Source: Epiperipatus broadwayi
Lineage: Eukaryota > Animalia > Onychophora
Direction of reading: 5' to 3'
NCBI GenBank assembly: GCA_028023455.1
Contig: JAQFVV010000003.1
Coordinates: 10,354,001 to 10,418,000, forward strand
DNA: 64,000 bases
This document shows, piece by piece, positions 25,313-37,899 of this stretch (position 1 is its first letter; each line of letters begins with the position of its first letter). The position numbers and the translations under genes are program-made. The notes beneath the pieces are model-generated. The model saw only the letters and a program-made list of their open reading frames with translations, made no database searches and had not been told where the DNA came from.

Positions 25313-25900
25313 TAGGGTGACCAAATGTCCTGATTTTTTTGGATTTGTCCCTACTTTTGATTAGATGTCCCAGTGTCCCTGAAATATCTTTTGGAACCAT
25401 TGTATGCCCTGATTTTCAAATTCTTATAATTATTATTTGTTGGACATAAATAATTCATTCCAAAAATGAGTTTCTTGGCCCTCTCTGTCCATTTCAGTCT
25501 CTACAGTAATATTATAAAAACTTCAGACAAATTCCAACACCAAAACAAAGAATCTGTTATGTTATATGACTGAATTCTAAAGCTGAACACATTCTCACAT
25601 TCAATCTCACTTTGGAGAATGAGCAATTGGATTTTTTAGGCTAAAATTTGGAACTGTGCTTGCATCTGCTTTGTCAATATGAGTTTTACTAGTTCTTTGC
25701 TGATAATAATTTTCTATAGTGATAAAATTAATAGGAATATTAATAACTCTAAACAATAGGCAACATTCCAAAGAGGAAGTGTATCTACAATGATGAATAT
25801 ACAGAGGAACTGTAGTTTTATAATAAAGGGGGGCGCAACGTGTAAAAATGATTGATCCATTGACAGACCAATATTTGATCGATTAGGTCTGGTCAACCTA
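25313..25900. mobile_element. hAT-like MITE, copy 2 (inverted relative to 12757-13337)
   Basis: TAGGGTGACCA...GTCTGGTCAACCTA, 588 bp. The interior is the reverse complement of copy 1 (e.g. ttcagtctctacagtaatatta). Confidence 0.75.
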
Positions 25901-27823
25901 TGATAGGAAACATTTTCTGCTAAATCTTATCTTTATTATTGGTAAAGATAATTACTTATTATATTCATTAAGATTATTAGTATTTAAAGATATGAATTTA
26001 TTTATGTCATTAGTAAGGTGATAATTGTATAAGAGAAGATTATGTAGATTAAGTCTTATTAAAAAGTTAATTGTTACTAATTAATATAATTTAGATATTT
26101 ATAATTAATCAACTATTTTAAATATTGATTATTCAAAGAAGTAATATTAGAATTTCTAATTCTACAAGTATATGTTTTGAAATTTAAAGAAAGAAATGAA
26201 ACTTTTAAAAAGATATAGTAAAATATATTTACTAAATTGTGAAGTAATCATGTCATAGAATGAAAGGAGGAGCTTATATTATGAGAATTTATTGTTGTTG
26301 ATAAATAATTCTAATTTGGATCTATTTATATTTTCAAATGTGAGGATTTAATTCATTATACTTAAAACTAAATGTTTACCATACTTATTGAACAAATCAT
26401 TAATAGTATGATATAAGTAATGATGAAGAGTGGGGAGGGAGATAAAAATGAAAGAAATTTCTCTTCTTTCAAGCAGCAGTTGGCCTTTGATGTCATCATG
26501 GAAACCATACTCCCAACTAAGTGTTGTGATTTTTTATTTATTTCAAGAAGTTAAAGAAAACTTTATGTTTGTATTGTTTTATTTGAATTGACTATAATGT
26601 TAATATAGTATTGAGTATTAAAATTATTTATTTTATATGTGGCGTTAGATTTAAGAATTTAAATTTTTGTATATATAAAAAAATATTCATTATAATGTTA
26701 TAAGGTGGAAGAGGTTATATTTGCAAGAGAGTAAATGGTAATAATCATAAACTATTATGAGAATATTTTAATAAACTATAAAATATTGGTATCTAATTTT
26801 AAGCACAGAATCAGATAAATAAAAAGTGTGGTATTTATAGTATATAAATTTAAATGAAAGTATATGATAAAGAATTGAATTTATTTATTATAACATTAGT
26901 ATGTTTGTATAATGGTGTGTATGATTGATCTCTTTATTAAAGATAAATCATTTATTATATTTATGATAAATTCTATCATAAAACTATTTGTTTGGTTTTA
27001 GTCTTCTTGATATGTTAAAAGTATCATAATGAGCTAATGATAAGTTTAGACGTTATGAGAGAAGTAATGTATTTTATTTTATTCATTGTAAATATCTCAT
27101 AAGGAGTGTCAGATTTTTAAGTAGTGGTATGGGAAAGTATATCTATTAGAAATTTTGTACCATTGTGGATGTGTTTATTCAGGTCAAATATGACAAAGTA
27201 TAGAATAAGTTGGAATATTTATGATATAATGGATAGTGACATTTCTAAAATCTGTAAGAGCTTGAAATAGTAGCCATGATAGAAAATTAAGGTAGACACA
27301 ATAATTTTTCCCTTAAATTACATTTAGTCCATGATATCATTCTTATAATTTTATAAGATATCCATCCTACACTTTTTATCATGAAATGTCAAACTAGTAT
27401 AAACATCAAAGATATAAGTAGTGGTAATAGCTAGACTTTCAAATGGTGAGAAGAATGATAAAATATGAAACAAATAGAATATTAAAGAATGCAGAAAGAG
27501 ATATTTTGTTAATGTTTTATTTGATATATGAGATCAAAATACAAAATGAGAGTATAAGGTATAAGTGATATAATATTGAAAGAATACCTCATATTTATTC
27601 TTATTATTGTATGTAATGGAATAAAATGCCATATCTTAATGAATGTCTAAAATAATTGAGCATTTATTTTATAATGAAATAATAAAACATAAAGAATAGA
27701 TATATTATAGAATTGTAATTAGACAATAATATTGTATAAAGGTTAAAGATGGAGGAGTTATAATGTGAATGAATATATTTGTGAAATATTTGTACTTGAT
27801 AAAAATACAACTTGTACATATAT

Positions 27824-29861
27824 TATAACGATCGAAATGAAAGTGAAGATCGAATCTAACCGCAAACTACGATATCTGCTCTACAGAGCGCCATCTAGGC
27901 ATTTAAACCTAGAAAAATTTATAGAGTAGGCAGATATGCGCTGTTAAGATTCCACTTTATTTAAATATTCAGATCGTTAGCCCAAGTCACTAGCTCAGTG
28001 GAGACGCAGAGATAAAAATCTATATCTTAATTTATATCTTAAATATAAATAAATAAAAGCCACTGCCAGAAATTAACACATAAAAATATTTATTTACGCA
28101 CATATAAAATAACATTTAAATTTTGAGGAATAAATTCACCATTTTAGATTTTTCTATTAATCTTTAGTTTTACATTTAAGTAAATTACAACCATGAGTTT
28201 AATATTTATTTAGGGAGTCGAGTATGAATAGACTACATAGATCTGCATTTGAAAAGAAAATATTCTTCCCTGATTTAACCTTAGGCAACAAATTTCGCAA
28301 TCAAACCGGCGCCAATCCATCTGATACATTTATGTATTCAATGTAGCATGAAAATACGATGACACAAAATACTATACTGTCAGGAATGTACATCTGAACA
28401 GCAAGTAGAATTAGAGAAGACATTGTCTCTCCACCAACAGGAATGTCACATCTGTTGGCGAGTAGAACAATAAACATAAAACTCCATAGGAATGGACTGC
28501 GGTCCTTTGCCATCTTACAAACCCATCCATAGGCAAACAGAAGGTGTGTGGCATATATATATAATCCTGCCTGTAGCGGATCTCATACTACATCTACAAT
28601 TACACAAATATATCCAATCCATTGAACCAATTCAACTACGAAATGAATAACCTAAGATTACCCTCCCTTAATATAACTTTACAAAACTATATAGCCATTC
28701 ATGCCCGACTTAAATTTAACATTTAAATACGTTCGCACAGATTATTTTTATAAATTTGTTTTTAAAATGTTGAGTATAGATCGGCTGCACAGATTCCACG
28801 GTCAAAAACATCCAAATTAAACACAATCGATCAAAATACAAAATCATCGATAACGTCAATTGCAAAGGGAATACACAAGGCCCCATGGCATTCATCGTAA
28901 GATGCCCGCATTAACATCATTGACCTATATATTCTAATCAAATGTGAAAACTTCAACATAATCAACCGCTAACGAATCTATGCAACGTCTATACCCAACC
29001 TAAATTTCATCATTTAAAATTTAAACAATAAACAATTTATACAATAAGAAAAAAAAATGGAAATGATTTTTATCAATCGGAAAACATATAAAATTAAACA
29101 TTATTAATTTGATTTTAAACTTAAAAAAGTCAGATGGAAGTTCATAAGCTTGAACGAAAGTTCTTAATTATTTTTAAATTTAGAGTTCATGTCAATATAG
29201 CTTACGGTAGAAGAGTCCAGGTTTCTGCTTTTAATTCCCGTGACGCCTCCATTGGAAGATAATGTTCTGGAGATGGCAATAGCTGGTTCAAGGTATCACA
29301 GTCTTTTCCTTTTTCTTTTTTAAATAGAGAGTGTGGTATGTGCGTCCTACCACAACTCTCAAACACACAACGCTGGAACTGTCAGAAAAAACTGTATTTC
29401 CCTTTTTATATTATCCACACGGATTCAATCAACAAAACGTCACTAATCCATCACTTTCGTTAGGGTCCGAGCCAAGGCTTAGTGCTTCCATTGGTCAAGC
29501 TAATTTCTCTTTATTTTCTTATCTATCTTTCATCAGATCATTTTAATTATACAAGAGCCCAAGGCTAGCTTGCTTTTCAAACAATTTATAAACAATCATT
29601 TCCATTTACAGATTACAAGAATTAATTAATACCTGTTTTTATTTTTAAATCTTGTACTTTTTTTTTTATAAAAAAGTACGTTCAAATACTTATTTATTTG
29701 TTTTTTTTTTTTTTAAAAATATTTTTAAAGTTTGGCATCTGTGCGAATGTATATACGTTTAACAAACATTTTAATTTTAGCGTTTAGTTTTTTACTTTTA
29801 TTTGCGAACTTTTAAGTTTTTATTTTAAATTAATGTAACGACATATTTATATATTGTTACA
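27824..29861 (+). mobile_element. ~2.0-kb solo-LTR-like element in a (TA)-rich site
   Basis: Termini TATAACG...TGTTACA with atat flanks on both sides. The first ~1.26 kb is repeated in inverse orientation at 1-1263. The right boundary is inferred from the terminus only. Confidence 0.55.
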
Positions 29862-31064
29862 ATATATATATATTAATTTATTTTAATGTAAAATAGTAAG
29901 AAATATATTAATGATAATGGGGTTAAGAAATGTATTATTAATAATGGGGTAAAGTATTGTAATTTTCTAGATCCTATCTATAAGTTACTTCAGATTGGAG
30001 TATAAATTATTTTAGTTTGTAATAATTACCTAAAGTTTTGCTATAGTATTTTAAATATTGTTTATTATAGCTAAGATATTTGTAAATTATTTTAAATTTG
30101 TATAATCTTACTATAATAAATGTTAATATTTGTTTTAAATTAATTAAGTGTTGATAGTTTTATTTCTTGTTCCCAAGTCATTGTTAATCATCCTTGCCAC
30201 ACATATATAATAATGATTGAATATATTTGGAATTATCACACATAATAAATAGATAAGTTAATAAATAATAAAAATATGATAATTATTCAATATATTGTAT
30301 TTAAAAATATTAATTTAAATTTTCTGCATCATTCTCAATGATTATAGTGAAGAATTAAGTAATTAATATGCCATCATAATCCAATGTGATAGTAAATTAT
30401 TTTGAAATTAATTATAGTAATTAACAGTGTTATTAATATTTATTTATTTTTTAATAGTCAATTTATAAGAAAAGTTAGTTACTAATTTAAAGGCGAGGAA
30501 GTGATTAATATATTTGTTTCTTAATTATTTTAACTATAGCTGGATGTGAGCAAAATCCCTCTCTACATTTAGTTATGTGGATTAATCTATCTTTTAAAAA
30601 CAATATTTACTGAGATGCTTATTTATTTAAAAAAAGTTAGTAAATAAGTAGTATAAAAATAATTTCGATAAATAGATGAGTATTATATTATTATTATTAA
30701 AATTTATCATGGGAAATTTTAATATTCAGTATAATTTATTTATTTTGTTGTTAGTCATTGGAGTATCACTGATATTTTATTTGGAGTTAAAGTTGTGTGA
30801 TATTCTTACACCATTGAGGATATGCTCTTGATATATGCTTAATGTTAAAAAGGGTACCTTACTGGATGATTGGATAATAAGTCTCATGATTATTGTTTCA
30901 TTGTTAAACAATTCATTCATTATATTAGGCATGGAATGATTCAGATTGGTATTGTTAGAATTATTATATAAAAAAAGAATTCTGATAAGATTGAGCTATA
31001 AGTTTTTTTATATCTGCCATTAATAATGATTGGTCCTCATCTGGTTAGGTTACAATATATATAT

Positions 31065-31871
31065 AAAAGGAGGAACCCAAAAATAACCAGAAATTTTATA
31101 ATAAAAAAATATGTATTTTTAAATGTTCAAATTACTGCCCATTTGATGCAATATACTGGTCTACATGTGTTTTTCATTTATTAATGTTTGTGTCATTTTT
31201 CTTTTCACCACTTTAAGTCTGCAAAAAAAAAAAACATTGGGGCATTTTTTCATTTGAGAGTATAAAAAAATATTGCATGAAGCAAGATCATGCTAAATTT
31301 AATTAAAAAGTGTTTCACACTCAAGGCTTTGAGAGATAACACTTTATCAGGGTGAAGGTTACACTCCCTTTTTTGCCTCAAAATTGAACATTTACATTTT
31401 CCTATATCACATGTTTCAGAACTTGCAAATAAAATGTTTGACCATTATGAACTAAATCTGAGAAAAAAAAGCCATTTGTGTAAAAAAAAGGAAATCAGTA
31501 TTGTTTGGACTTCGATCTTTATTTGCTACACTTTTTAGGGATATGGTAAATTTAACATTTTAATTAAACCACTCACAAACTTGTGTTTTTCTGAGCACAG
31601 CTTGTTTGTAATCTGTTTCAAGCATTACAACCATTTTTCTTGTCATTTTCTGTAAACAAAAACAGAATTTCACATTATCAAACTTTTAAGATATTATAAA
31701 TATGTCAAATATGTGAAATGGATTTTATAAAAAAATGTGCTACATGGCACCATGAATTTACATGGCCATGTCATTTATAAGATTGATGCAGAAGGGTTCC
31801 TGTGTGGAAGCATATACTACAACTGGCATGCAAAGCAGAGAATGATTCTGGTTATTTTTGGGTTCCCCTCA
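31065..31871. mobile_element. Tc1/mariner-like MITE
   Basis: TIRs AGGAGGAACCCAAAAATAACCAGAA (~31068-31092) and TTCTGGTTATTTTTGGGTTCCCCTCA (~31846-31871), TA on both flanks, no ORF. Confidence 0.75.
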
Positions 31872-32660
31872 TATACTGAGAAGGGTAATGTCTGTCACAC
31901 AACAACATGGTAGTGTCTATGTGCATATTTATATAAATTTTAAAAGAAAAAGCAGAAATGAATACAAACAAAAAAATTTGCAGATATTTTATTAAAATAT
32001 ATACACTGGATTAACAGATTAATGATTAAATAACAATAATTTGATAATTAAAAGTATTATAAATTATTTAAAATAAAACATAAAAAAGAGTCTATTTAAT
32101 GATTTATTTAATTCTGATTTTGATAAATAAAAAAAACTAAAGCAAGATTTGTTTCATTATAAAATTTTATTATCTATTTTTATTGAATTAAGTAAAAAAA
32201 ATTTTCTTTAATTAAAACTAATTAGTTTTCATAAATGTAAAATATTTTGGAAGCAGATTGTATTTAATAATGTATTTTGATTGTAATTAAATCGATAATC
32301 TGCTTTTGTATGAAGAATTAAGAATTTTTTTTTAGATGAAAACTGTTTTTAATCAATGAGATTTGAAAAACAGGGCAATGTAATTAAATTATTATCTGTT
32401 CTTTTTTTTTTTTTAATCAAGATAAAAAAGAAAACTTTTTTGGTTATTCTATTTTCAAATTTCACTACAGACTATAAATAGTGAGCTCAAATTAAAGATT
32501 ATTAATATATGAGTATGTTATTAGAGTACTTATGTATTAGTCTGACTCTGATGAAAGTCACTGGCACAAACAAGTTTTATATAAAGACTGAATTAAACAC
32601 ATCTACAAATCTTCTAAAAAGAAAATGGATTAATTTTGTAAGTGAATATTAGCTATTATT

Positions 32661-32693
32661 CTGATGAGGAGAAAGTAATTTGTCAAAATGTTA
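32661..32693 (+). ncRNA. Decayed hammerhead relic
   Basis: CTGATGA G GAGAAA gtaa TTTGTC AAAA TGT T. Three reversions (two are CpG transitions) give GACAAA/TTTGTC GAAA CGT T, a standard PLE-type minimal hammerhead. Confidence 0.45.
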
Positions 32694-32762
32694 GTTTAGT
32701 CACTATTTTATGATTTAAACTATGCTGTGAGTAATGAATTATCAGACAAACAATGTGTAAAC

Positions 32763-33734
32763 CAATTTATTGTCCATCTTTAATTCTTGTGAATTGAATG
32801 TAGGTAGTATTTTTTTACAAAAATAAATGATTAAAATTTGGGAACTTTCCACCTCCAAGGATGATGCAGTCTACTATTTTCAAAAATATGGCACCCTGCC
32901 CTCACAAAAAGTCTGTGCAAATGACAATGATATGTAATTTTTTATGTCCACACTTTGAACAAACAATGGTACTGTTTTGCTCAGGATTGTTGAAAGAGTA
33001 TCCATTTTTAACTTAACATGATTCCAGGGCTCCAGAATTATGGGTTGGGATGACAATCAGATTTATTTACAATGTCAAAACACTTGACATCCATTGAATG
33101 GGGCAAAGAACAGTTGGATATGGCAGTTGTGGTGATAGACTTGAATAACTATCTGTAAGAAGGTCGCACATCTAACCTTTTAGCATGAAAAAAGGACAAA
33201 ATTGGAGAATCTACCAATTTATTAAAAATTGATGAGAGCCTTTTTAGTAAGCAGAAAAACCAAGCTGGGAAAATGCTTCCAAAGCAATGGATGTTTGGTG
33301 ATTTCTGCAGAGAGAGTGACAGATGCTTCATCATGAGAATTCCAACATATTGGCACCATCTCTGATGGAAGTCATCAAAGAAAATGTCAAAGAGTGCTCC
33401 CAAATTTATCCTAATTGTTGGAAGTTATACAAAACTGGTAAGTTGTGAGCTTCTGGATATAAATATTTTGGGGTAAATTATAGTTACAACTTCATAGATC
33501 ACCAAACTAGTTTCCACATTAAGAACATTAAAAAGTCTTTGGGGTGTGGTTAAATGGTATAATAAAAACAATTTGGGAACCATGTACCAGCACCTAGATT
33601 CATATTTGGTGAAATTTATATGATGAAGACTGCTTAAAGATGATGATCCTTTCATCTGTATTTTTCAGGACATAAGAAATTTCAGTCAGCTGCAGTAATG
33701 CTAAGAAACAATATTTTTAAATGGACATAATTGT
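32763..33734 (+). mobile_element. Merlin (IS1595/ISXO2-like) DNA transposon, transposase pseudogene ~32827-33660
   Basis: Conceptual translation gives KIDESLFSKQKNQAGK..QWMFG, VNYSYNFIDHQT..HIKNIKSLWG and HLDSYLVKFI, matching Merlin motifs (EIDES.F, WVFGG, VNHS.NFVDP, IES.W, YL.EF). Degenerate TIRs at ~32763-32783 and ~33716-33734. Confidence 0.8.
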
Positions 33735-33756
33735 GCATATATATATATATATATAT

Positions 33757-33953
33757 CTTTTGAACTGCCTATAACCTCCCACTGAGCTGAGCTGAACATA
33801 AACTTAAGTATAGAGTCTCAGTAATAATTTTATATTATATCTTTTATTATTTTGTTCTATTCATTAATAGAACTGGCGCCTGGGCATTTTGCTCATGTAA
33901 TGTAGATGAGCGGTGTTGGGAGTGTAGGTTATAGGGTACGTTTTCTGGCACCC
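33757..33953 (-). repeat. ~200-bp terminal segment, inverted partner of 38665-38862
   Basis: cttttgaactgcctataacctcccactgagctgagc... is the reverse complement of 38665-38862, with roughly a dozen differences by eye. Both copies abut atatat. Confidence 0.9.
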
Positions 33954-35009
33954 AAAGATTAGTTTAGAATGTTTAAATTGAAAGAGAATAAGCAAAGCGA
34001 GTACCTTTATAAAGTTTAGTGCTGCATATTGAAATTAGTTCCTTCCATAATATATTTCTTCTAATCTGACTTCAGCAATTAACTTTAGTTGTTTGAAAAA
34101 TATAAGCCACTGTCTTTTTGGCTATAATTCTTTACAAAGCTAATTTTTTTACATACTGGAGATCTTTGTTACAAGCTCTCTCTTTTGCAACAGTTCATTT
34201 TTGTCTTCTTTACTAGCTTACTCCCACGCATTTTTCCAGCTCTACTAATTACATATGCAAAAAAAAATCTTTACAACAAAAAAAAAATGATTTTGATTTT
34301 CAAAATTAAATGACAAAAAAAAAAAAAAATACAAATAATGAAATAAATAGCTTTTACAAACCTGAAAGAAAAATGAATATTAATTAACCATCAAATAAAA
34401 ATGATTAATAATTTATTTAATTTGTAAAATAATTTATTGATCTAACTATCTATTAATTATTGGAAAGAAATATATATTTGTTAATTATTTAAGATAACTA
34501 CTGTAATTTAAATATTTTTATTGTGAATGTACTATTGTTTGCTATTATTTAAAGGATGAAAATGAGATGAAACCTAAGGCAAAATCATACAGGCATACAC
34601 ATGCATGCACTACAATCTAAATATTGAACTACCTTAATTAAATCTAATCAAAACTGCTATTAACTGTTGACAAAAAGGATAAGAATTAATAAATAAAGGA
34701 TTTTAAAACCATTCAACTAAATATTACACTAACATAGGATCACTTTGCATTTTTCCAACAAAATATATCAATTTCATTAACAAACCACCCCCCTTCCTTA
34801 CATTATATACCCCATTAACCACAATAATACTAATGAATACTTATCAAGTGGTCAATAAACTGCATAACAACCCATATTTAAACCTTAAATAATCTTGTTC
34901 AAAAAATTTTTAAAATTCTAAGGCTATTTCATTTTTTTTATAATACTATATAGCTATTTATCTAAGATACAAGGTATCTTGGACCCCTGTGCCCATTCAG
35001 ATGGTCGCA
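33954..35009 (-). mobile_element. 3' LTR of the gag-only element
   Basis: Starts TGCGACCATCTG on the minus strand immediately after a PPT. Nearly identical to 42187-43253. Confidence 0.85.
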
Positions 35010-35020
35010 TTCCCCCATCC
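35010..35020 (-). promoter_or_regulatory. Polypurine tract
   Basis: Minus strand GGATGGGGGAA directly precedes the LTR's TG. Confidence 0.8.
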
Positions 35021-35188
35021 TTATAAAAGAAAAAAAATGAATCAAGTAACACCATTAGGTTATATTAAACACCATTAAGCAACATAAATAAAACTAATTT
35101 ACACTTTAGAAAACGATGCATACAGAATTTTTTTATATTCTCACATTTATTAACTATCTGGTACTTTAACTGGATATGGTATTAATTA

Positions 35189-37045
35189 TTATTTAGTACT
35201 GGTCGCACCCTTTTTAGGTGTGGTTTGCATGCCACTGGTGGATGGTTGAACACCATCATCATTCCTCAGAATAGAATGAGGATTATAATAAGGCCCACTT
35301 TTCATTTGTGACTTGGGTCGGTACCTACTTCTGCTTCTAGCTAACCTATTTTGATACCATGGGGATCTACCTTGTATGTTAATGCTATTTACAGAGGCAA
35401 GGGACTCCCTATTGGCTCTAGTCTTCCCATCACTCACTTTATCACTAATTTCAATGGAATCTAACAGATCAACAACCTCCTCAATGGTTTGCCTGTCTGA
35501 TGCTATTAAGATCTGTTCTACATGATGAGGAAGGTTGTGCCGTAATATGCGAACAATTTGCTGTTCAGATAATGGGTAGGCAGTGAGGGTCTTCAATTTT
35601 CCAGCCTGCTTCCAGAAGAATTGAGTGTAACTACCCTTATAATGGCTGTACTTCTCTTGAGATATTTGGTACTTCAAGTTGTCCTGCCTATCCTCTCCCC
35701 AAAAACTATTTAACAGCAAATGTTTAAAATCTCCGTAAGTACGTGGTTTATCAAATAAAGATTGACACCAATCCTTAGAAGATGAGTACAGATGGTTGCT
35801 AGCAATAGCAATCCTCTCCATTTCTGACAATGGACAAAGTGAAAACAACTCATCCAAGCTTTGCAAAAACTCAAAGGGGTTTTCCAAGTATTCCCCTTTA
35901 AAAGACTTAATGGTTAGAAACTTAAGGGCCGTAGAATCACACGAATCTCTCTCATGATTTATCCTCGCTTTCTCTGATTCTAACTTCTGCAAATCTATTC
36001 TGTTATTTTCTACCTCTTCTATGGATCCTAAAGAATACTGATCAACTAGACCACAACATACTTCCTTAACATCAGTAGCATTCAAATCTGTACTGCCTAA
36101 TTGCCTTACATCCATCTTCAAATGCTGCTTCTGGCCTAAAGCATCTTGAACATACTTCTCTAACCTAGTTTGACATCTCTTCCACTCACAACTCAGTTCA
36201 CTTCTAAGTCTATCTTCTATCTTGTCTGAAAAGACTTGTCTATCCACAGAACTCTTTACACCATCTATTTCTACTTTCAAATTCTGATATCTCTCACTCA
36301 CCTCACTTAATTTAGTTACTATGGCTTGCACATCCTCACCTCCTATCTCTAGATGATCTACTCTTGTGCTGATACATCTAACTTGGTCAGCCATATCTTG
36401 ATTAATATTACCTGGGTCTAACTTCTGGGCTTCTACTTGTAGGCTCAAGTTCTTTATCTGGTTCTGACATAAACTAATCTGACCATCAGTCCTTAAGGTG
36501 CTATCTACACTCTTACTTTGGTGCTCTAATAAATTTTCTCTGACACCTTCTATTTTTTCTTCAAACATTCTAAATTTCTGTTCAATATCTATAGTACATT
36601 CATTGGTGTACCTACTATATAACTCTTGATATTCTTGTCCCTTGTTTACAATTCTCATTTCTGCCCTTGTGAAATTTTCCTGTATTTCTTCCCTAAACTG
36701 AATTATTGAGTTCTCACAGTCTACTCTTATTTGCTGCAGCTGATTCTTAACATCAACTTCTATTGTTTCTAGCTTATGCGTCTGACTTTTTATATTCTCT
36801 CTAATTTCTTTCATCTCTAAATTTTGTTTCGCTGCATTTTCTTTCATTTCGGACATTTCCATCCTTATTTCGGACATTATACTATCTTTCATCTCTCTAC
36901 AATCTTCCTTTGACATCATACTATCTTTCATCTCTCTACAATCTTCCTTTGACATCATACTATCTTTCATCTCTAACATTTGTTTAGCTAAATTATCTGA
37001 ATTCTCTTTCATCTGTTTATCTGTATTATTTTTCATCTCTAACAT
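35189..37045 (-). CDS. gag: Ty3/Gypsy Gag with a long coiled-coil N-terminus and Arc-like capsid domain (618-aa ORF)
   Basis: Intact ORF with capsid-like FKGEYLENPFEFLQSLDE...IASNHL...W...TYGDFK..LL..FW...Q...EQQIVRILRHNLP. No CCHC knuckle, Arg/Ser-rich tail, and no pol before the PPT. Confidence 0.85.
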   Translation of the reverse strand: MLEMKNNTDKQMKENSDNLAKQMLEMKDSMMSKEDCREMKDSMMSKEDCREMKDSIMSEIRMEMSEMKENAAKQNLEMKEIRENIKSQTHKLETIEVDVKNQLQQIRVDCENSIIQFREEIQENFTRAEMRIVNKGQEYQELYSRYTNECTIDIEQKFRMFEEKIEGVRENLLEHQSKSVDSTLRTDGQISLCQNQIKNLSLQVEAQKLDPGNINQDMADQVRCISTRVDHLEIGGEDVQAIVTKLSEVSERYQNLKVEIDGVKSSVDRQVFSDKIEDRLRSELSCEWKRCQTRLEKYVQDALGQKQHLKMDVRQLGSTDLNATDVKEVCCGLVDQYSLGSIEEVENNRIDLQKLESEKARINHERDSCDSTALKFLTIKSFKGEYLENPFEFLQSLDELFSLCPLSEMERIAIASNHLYSSSKDWCQSLFDKPRTYGDFKHLLLNSFWGEDRQDNLKYQISQEKYSHYKGSYTQFFWKQAGKLKTLTAYPLSEQQIVRILRHNLPHHVEQILIASDRQTIEEVVDLLDSIEISDKVSDGKTRANRESLASVNSINIQGRSPWYQNRLARSRSRYRPKSQMKSGPYYNPHSILRNDDGVQPSTSGMQTTPKKGATSTK

Positions 37046-37290
37046 ACTTGTTTAGCTAAATTATCTGAATTCTCCTTCATCTGTTTACTAAAGCTCTTAT
37101 TTATTGCGTCAAGCAATTTGGAATAATCAAAAGCTCCTTCCAATGAGACACTTTCTGCCCTACTATCTTCTTTATTCAGGAAGTTTATAGTTTCATTTCC
37201 CGAATCTACATCAGGAGACAAGATAATCACCTCTGGTGATAATATTTCTTGGGACCCGCCCAAATCTTCATCAATATTAAACTCTTCCAT
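37039..37290 (-). CDS. gag: Probable true N-terminus of the same Gag, separated by a 2-nt frameshift
   Basis: Ends ...KQMKENSDNLAKQ, a peptide repeated at the start of the next ORF. An extra GT (37046-37047) is present relative to the repeat copy. Confidence 0.7.
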   Translation of the reverse strand: MEEFNIDEDLGGSQEILSPEVIILSPDVDSGNETINFLNKEDSRAESVSLEGAFDYSKLLDAINKSFSKQMKENSDNLAKQVC

Positions 37291-37899
37291 TGTACTTTTT
37301 ATATTTTTTTATTTATTAATATTTGTAGACAAAAAAAAAGGTACATCAGCTTCACTCCCCCTCCCCAATCAAACAATTCAAACTTCCCATCATCACTTAT
37401 AAATACATAAAATTACTCTAATATGTTTATTTGTGTTATTTCATGTAACACTCGGTTTCCACATTTGATAGCAAAATTATGGCACTGTATACTCTGACAA
37501 TATCGATCCAAACATTACTGAGTTAGCTGGATACAATCTCTATATCCAAATACATTTATACTGTACATTAAAGTGACTTCTATATAATAATGAAGACAAC
37601 ACAATTTTTTTTTATGAGCATGATTATTAAGCTAAGTTCTCTGCACCATTCAAAACTATAATTAATATTTGCAATACTAAACAACTTTCATTTATCAAAT
37701 TTGGTATGTTGGCTGTACACAATACAATCATATCAGACATACATCACTATAATTATCAAGCCCACAAAGCCACAACTTGTTTTATCTATGTCACAATATA
37801 TCCATACATCAAACATTGGGAATCCAGAAACCAACTTTATATCCAATCATTGTAACTTGACACATCATATATCAACAACTAACACTATAATTATCTATC

